A stretch of DNA of 64,000 bases from a virus (taxonomy: Duplodnaviria > Heunggongvirae > Uroviricota > Caudoviricetes): IMG/VR virus record IMGVR_UViG_3300028888_000044, positions 1 through 64,000 of that record. One strand, written 5' to 3'. A program made the position numbers and the translations under genes. The notes under the pieces are model-generated. The model was given only the letters and a program-made list of their open reading frames with translations. It did not search any database and had not been told where the DNA came from. Each line of letters starts with the position of its first letter. The first letter of the stretch is position 1. Below are positions 60,813 to 64,000 of this stretch, piece after piece.

Positions 60813-60965
60813 CTATAGAATTATTATATTTCCTCTCATAGTAAGCCCCATACTTTCTCTAAGGTCTTCAATAGAAGGTTTTGCTGAATCGCAACATTCG
60901 TAATACGGACAATAAACGCAATGTTTGTATTCTAACCCTTTTGGATATTTACATCCTTTACTCAT
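60813..60965 (-). CDS. Small Cys-rich protein (50 aa)
   Basis: MSKGCKYP..HCVYCPYYECC; fills a gap in the - strand array. Confidence 0.5.
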   Translation of the reverse strand: MSKGCKYPKGLEYKHCVYCPYYECCDSAKPSIEDLRESMGLTMRGNIIIL

Positions 60966-60975
60966 TTTTTTTATG

Positions 60976-61404
60976 TTACAGATTCAACAATTTTTTACTA
61001 AGTATTTTTTTACAATTAGCGATTTGACTTTTCAATTCAGACTTTCTATCATTTGCCCACTTGTCAAGTGCATTTTGTAAAGCATTTTCTTCGAGCCATT
61101 CAATTGGCATTTTCACTTGCCCAATACAATATTGGCTTTCATTGTAATAATTGAACCAAATAAAAGTATCGTGAATTGATATGAAATCAAGAGTTCCACG
61201 TCTGCTATAATCATAGTTCTTTATGCTACTGTAAAAAAATTCTGTATCACATAATTCTCCTACAAATATGTCATAAAAAGAGTCAATGATATATTTGCAT
61301 GTATCATTGATTTCTTTTTTCTGTTTACTAACTTTAATCATCAAATTAGTAACAGACCTTGTTTCATCAATAATTGCTTGACGTTTATCGTTTACCATAA
61401 TCAA
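60976..61404 (-). CDS. Hypothetical protein, paralogue of 62035-62496
   Basis: DSFY..FV.EL.D..(F/Y)..S.I and Q.ANCKK shared. Confidence 0.7.
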   Translation of the reverse strand: MIMVNDKRQAIIDETRSVTNLMIKVSKQKKEINDTCKYIIDSFYDIFVGELCDTEFFYSSIKNYDYSRRGTLDFISIHDTFIWFNYYNESQYCIGQVKMPIEWLEENALQNALDKWANDRKSELKSQIANCKKILSKKLLNL

Positions 61405-61417
61405 ATGCTATTCTAAA

Positions 61418-61975
61418 TTAAACATATCTTTTTTCCCATTTGAAACCGTAAGATGATTTGCGAAGGTTTTTGCAGCAGTTATCAATATGCTTTCTGTTGT
61501 AACCAGTTTTGGATTCAATATCCTTGATTGATGACCAAGCACGAACAAAATTGCCCTTCAAATCGTATTGGAAAATCTTCAGCTTCTTGTCCAAATTAGC
61601 CCTAGGGTTTCTTGGAGTAACAGATGGTTTCGGTAGTTCTGCCTTCTTGATTTTAAGCCAAGCAAGTCTGTCACATTTCTTGACATTTGGGTATTCGCTC
61701 CATTCAAGATTGATAGCCCTATTGTCTGACAAATCGTTATTAAGATGAATAACGTATGGAAGGTTGTTTGGGTTTGGGATAAAATGCTGTGCCACCAACT
61801 TGTGGATTGGCTGCATGGACACATCTTCACCATTTGCCAATCTGACAAGATAATAACCAATTGTGGTTGGTATCAAATGCTTCTTTTCTTTCGTCTTGAT
61901 GTTTCTCACTGTTCCGTAATTGGATACTTGGTACAGCCCTTCATATCCTTCAATGTCTTTCCAAATCAATGCCAT
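61418..61975 (-). CDS. NUMOD4-HNH-NUMOD1 homing-endonuclease-like protein
   Basis: WKDIEGYEGLYQVSNYG, IHKLVAQHFIPNP..VIHLN....DNR..NLEW, QYDLKGNF..W.SI. Confidence 0.85.
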   Translation of the reverse strand: MALIWKDIEGYEGLYQVSNYGTVRNIKTKEKKHLIPTTIGYYLVRLANGEDVSMQPIHKLVAQHFIPNPNNLPYVIHLNNDLSDNRAINLEWSEYPNVKKCDRLAWLKIKKAELPKPSVTPRNPRANLDKKLKIFQYDLKGNFVRAWSSIKDIESKTGYNRKHIDNCCKNLRKSSYGFKWEKRYV

Positions 61976-62034
61976 ATTTAGTTGTGTTTAATATGTTCTT
62001 ATTATATATAAAAAATGTGATAAATCAAAGAAAA

Positions 62035-62496
62035 TCAGCACTTATAAACATATTCTTCCTTAATCAATTTTTTACAGTTTGCCAATTGTTCACTTAATCG
62101 TTTTCTGTCTTCCTCGATTTCATTTTTTTTAGATTTAGCCCATTCGTCCACTTCTGTCTTGATAGCATTCGGTTCAAACCATTTCAATGGGATATGTAGA
62201 GTACCAATACATTTATTGTAACTGTAACTATCACAAAGTTCAAACAATATTGTTTGAGGGCCAATTTTCTTACAATGTCCTAAAACTTTGCGTTTAGGGT
62301 TATATTCGCTTGTTAGAATTTTGCTGTTGAAATATTGACTATCCCCCAATTCTGTAACAAAAACATTATAAAATGAATCAAGCACTTGTTCACAATTAAG
62401 TTTGAGAGATTGTTCATAACCGTTCAACTCACTTCGTAACGATGTAATATTGGAATATAATGCCAATATATCATCTTTTTTTGGTAAAACTGTCAT
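62035..62496 (-). CDS. Hypothetical protein, paralogue of 60976-61404
   Basis: Shares the motifs listed for the paralogue. Confidence 0.7.
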   Translation of the reverse strand: MTVLPKKDDILALYSNITSLRSELNGYEQSLKLNCEQVLDSFYNVFVTELGDSQYFNSKILTSEYNPKRKVLGHCKKIGPQTILFELCDSYSYNKCIGTLHIPLKWFEPNAIKTEVDEWAKSKKNEIEEDRKRLSEQLANCKKLIKEEYVYKC

Positions 62497-62533
62497 AATA
62501 TTTAATTTTTAACGTGATAAATTGCATATTCTT

Positions 62534-62953
62534 TCATAAACTCTCTACCCATTTATAAAATTCTTCCTCAAAAATGTCAAATTCTTGAATGAACTCGTCA
62601 ACGGCAAAATCAAGTTCTGCTAGCTTCTTAAAATCATTTAGAATAACAACATTACGGTTGACACAAATATTTGGAAGATATGTCCTTGACAAATATAAAC
62701 CATCAACTTGCATATCAGCGTCACGATAAGTAAATCCCATGTAGCTTGTTTTTGGTAGTGATACCGCTTTGTCGTAAAGTATGTTTGATTCTTGAAGTTC
62801 TTTCGCAATGCTAACAACAGCTTGAATCCTTTCTTTGTATTTATCCATCTTTGCAAGGATTTCGTTTTTATGCTTGTCGTACTCTGCTTTCAATTTTTGA
62901 ATTTTATTCAAAGCATTGTTCTTCTTTTGTTCTGTGGTTAGTGTTGTTACCAT
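62534..62953 (-). CDS. Hypothetical early protein (triplet family member)
   Basis: Coiled N-terminus, LPKT..MGF, F..EFD.FE...Y..V..L C-terminus. Confidence 0.7.
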   Translation of the reverse strand: MVTTLTTEQKKNNALNKIQKLKAEYDKHKNEILAKMDKYKERIQAVVSIAKELQESNILYDKAVSLPKTSYMGFTYRDADMQVDGLYLSRTYLPNICVNRNVVILNDFKKLAELDFAVDEFIQEFDIFEEEFYKWVESL

Positions 62954-62967
62954 AATGTTACTCCTTT

Positions 62968-63366
62968 TTATAAATCATTAACGTGGCTATAAACGATGTT
63001 CTCAAACGTATAAAATGCATCCAAAAACTCTTTTACAAACTTTTCAAGTTTTGATGGTTCATTTTCTGGAAAAGAAGATTCGTTTGCAATAGTACCGTCT
63101 GATTGAACAAGGTGGAAGTTGTTATACATTAAACCTTCAATACATTCTTTATTACTATATGTTGTCTTCTTAAATCTCATCCTATCGCTTGTCGGCAATG
63201 GAAATTGATGTGACAACAATGCGTTACCAATGTTAATTAATGCCTTAATATTATCTGCTAAAGAGGCTATTTTATTCAAAGCATCTTTACGTCTTTGATT
63301 ACGTTTGATAGCAGCGTTATCTATTTGGCTTAAAGCTATCTTCATCTTTTCTTCAATGTTGTCCAT
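62968..63366 (-). CDS. Hypothetical early protein (triplet family member)
   Basis: MDNIEEKM..AL..ID.A...R...LNKI; LMYNNFH. Confidence 0.7.
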   Translation of the reverse strand: MDNIEEKMKIALSQIDNAAIKRNQRRKDALNKIASLADNIKALINIGNALLSHQFPLPTSDRMRFKKTTYSNKECIEGLMYNNFHLVQSDGTIANESSFPENEPSKLEKFVKEFLDAFYTFENIVYSHVNDL

Positions 63367-63379
63367 AATTTTATTTTTT

Positions 63380-63766
63380 TTATAATTTATCAATATAATC
63401 GTAAACACTCTTTTCAAACTTGTCAAGTTCAAGCAAGAAATTATCAACGAAATTATTAAGTGTCTTGAAGTCGTTATTAGAAATACTATGTGCTGTGGCT
63501 ACATAACCATCCTTGGTGATAATGTGAAAATTGTTATATATTAAAGAATCAATACAGCCTTTATCAGCATTAAATCCAATTTTATCTGTTTTAGGTAACT
63601 TATAATCGTTTTTAAGCAATGATTGCCCAACAATAATTAAAGCAGAGATATTGTCACTCTTTGCTTTAATCTTATTGAGGATTGCTATACGGTTTTGACT
63701 ACGGTTTGCTACAGCTTTGTCAATTTTTGCCAACGCCTTATACATCTTCTCTTCAATCTCGTTCAT
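63380..63766 (-). CDS. Hypothetical early protein (triplet family member)
   Basis: MNEIEEKM..AL..ID.A...R...LNKI; LIYNNFH. Confidence 0.7.
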   Translation of the reverse strand: MNEIEEKMYKALAKIDKAVANRSQNRIAILNKIKAKSDNISALIIVGQSLLKNDYKLPKTDKIGFNADKGCIDSLIYNNFHIITKDGYVATAHSISNNDFKTLNNFVDNFLLELDKFEKSVYDYIDKL

Positions 63767-63795
63767 AATTTTTATAGTATTTGTTTATTATAGTG

Positions 63796-63827
63796 CAAAT
63801 ATATTCATAATTCAGAGACAAACCAAA
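63796..63827 (-). promoter_or_regulatory. Bacteroidota primary-sigma promoter (-33 TTTG / -7 TAnnTTTG)
   Basis: The - strand reads TTTG-N20-TATATTTG about 30 nt upstream of ATG 63766. Confidence 0.75.
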
Positions 63828-63911
63828 TTTTTGAATGATTTTAACTATAATTTAACATTTTTTACGTGTCAAACACTATTTATTACTGTATAATGTATAA
63901 TAATAGTCACG

Positions 63912-64000
63912 ATGTTCAAGTATCCGAAGTATTTAAGGTCACTTTTCGATTATATGGAAAAGAATGGCTATACAAGTAAACCGTATCCAAAAGTTCACAT
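63912..64000 (+). CDS. Partial ORF running off the window
   Basis: MFKYPKYLRSLFDYMEK..., TATTTAT upstream. Confidence 0.4.
   Translation, partial: MFKYPKYLRSLFDYMEKNGYTSKPYPKVH

Noticed and set aside
80-62856. Numerous 60-190 aa antisense or alternate-frame ORFs in the track (e.g. 7926-8441, 40670-41311, 57962-58534)
   Set aside because: They are shadows of well-supported genes on the opposite strand or frame and have no motifs of their own.
1-64000. Stop-codon reassignment (TAG or TGA) as in Lak and some crAss-like phages
   Set aside because: Core genes are full length in code 11. TAG ends the protease, phosphatase and LRR-B genes (the LRR-A paralogue has TAA at the same place), and TGA occurs in ATGA overlaps.

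Overview
This window is an AT-rich segment of a large T4-like (myovirus-type, probably jumbo) phage genome read in the standard genetic code. A TTTG-N20-TAnnTTTG promoter points to a Bacteroidota host. Head and tail genes are scattered over both strands: prohead protease, tail tube, neck, terminase, portal, scaffold-like proteins, major capsid and a fibre/LRR cluster. They are interleaved with replication and metabolism genes (family-B DNA polymerase, UvrD helicase, dNMP kinase, thioredoxin, ThyA, ClpC-like ATPase, DNA methyltransferase) and Zn-ribbon/HNH homing-endonuclease-like genes. Five observations stand out. (1) PolB is fractured at its catalytic GD|TD motif into two genes by a Ser1/Thr+1 split intein, with a free-standing endonuclease between the halves. 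(2) Two dispersed variable-LRR cassettes share non-coding flanks, carry a promoter-proximal palindrome and show signs of module shuffling. (3) A small basic ORF reads through its own terminator, like the ArfA/BrfA ribosome-rescue factors. (4) An A_AAA_AAG -1 frameshift would fuse two acidic head-associated ORFs. (5) Candidate injected counter-defence proteins (ART-like, ArdC-like) share an (I/L/V)xE leader motif. All calls come from motif recognition by eye; no database searches were run. No tRNA, rRNA or CRISPR array was seen.
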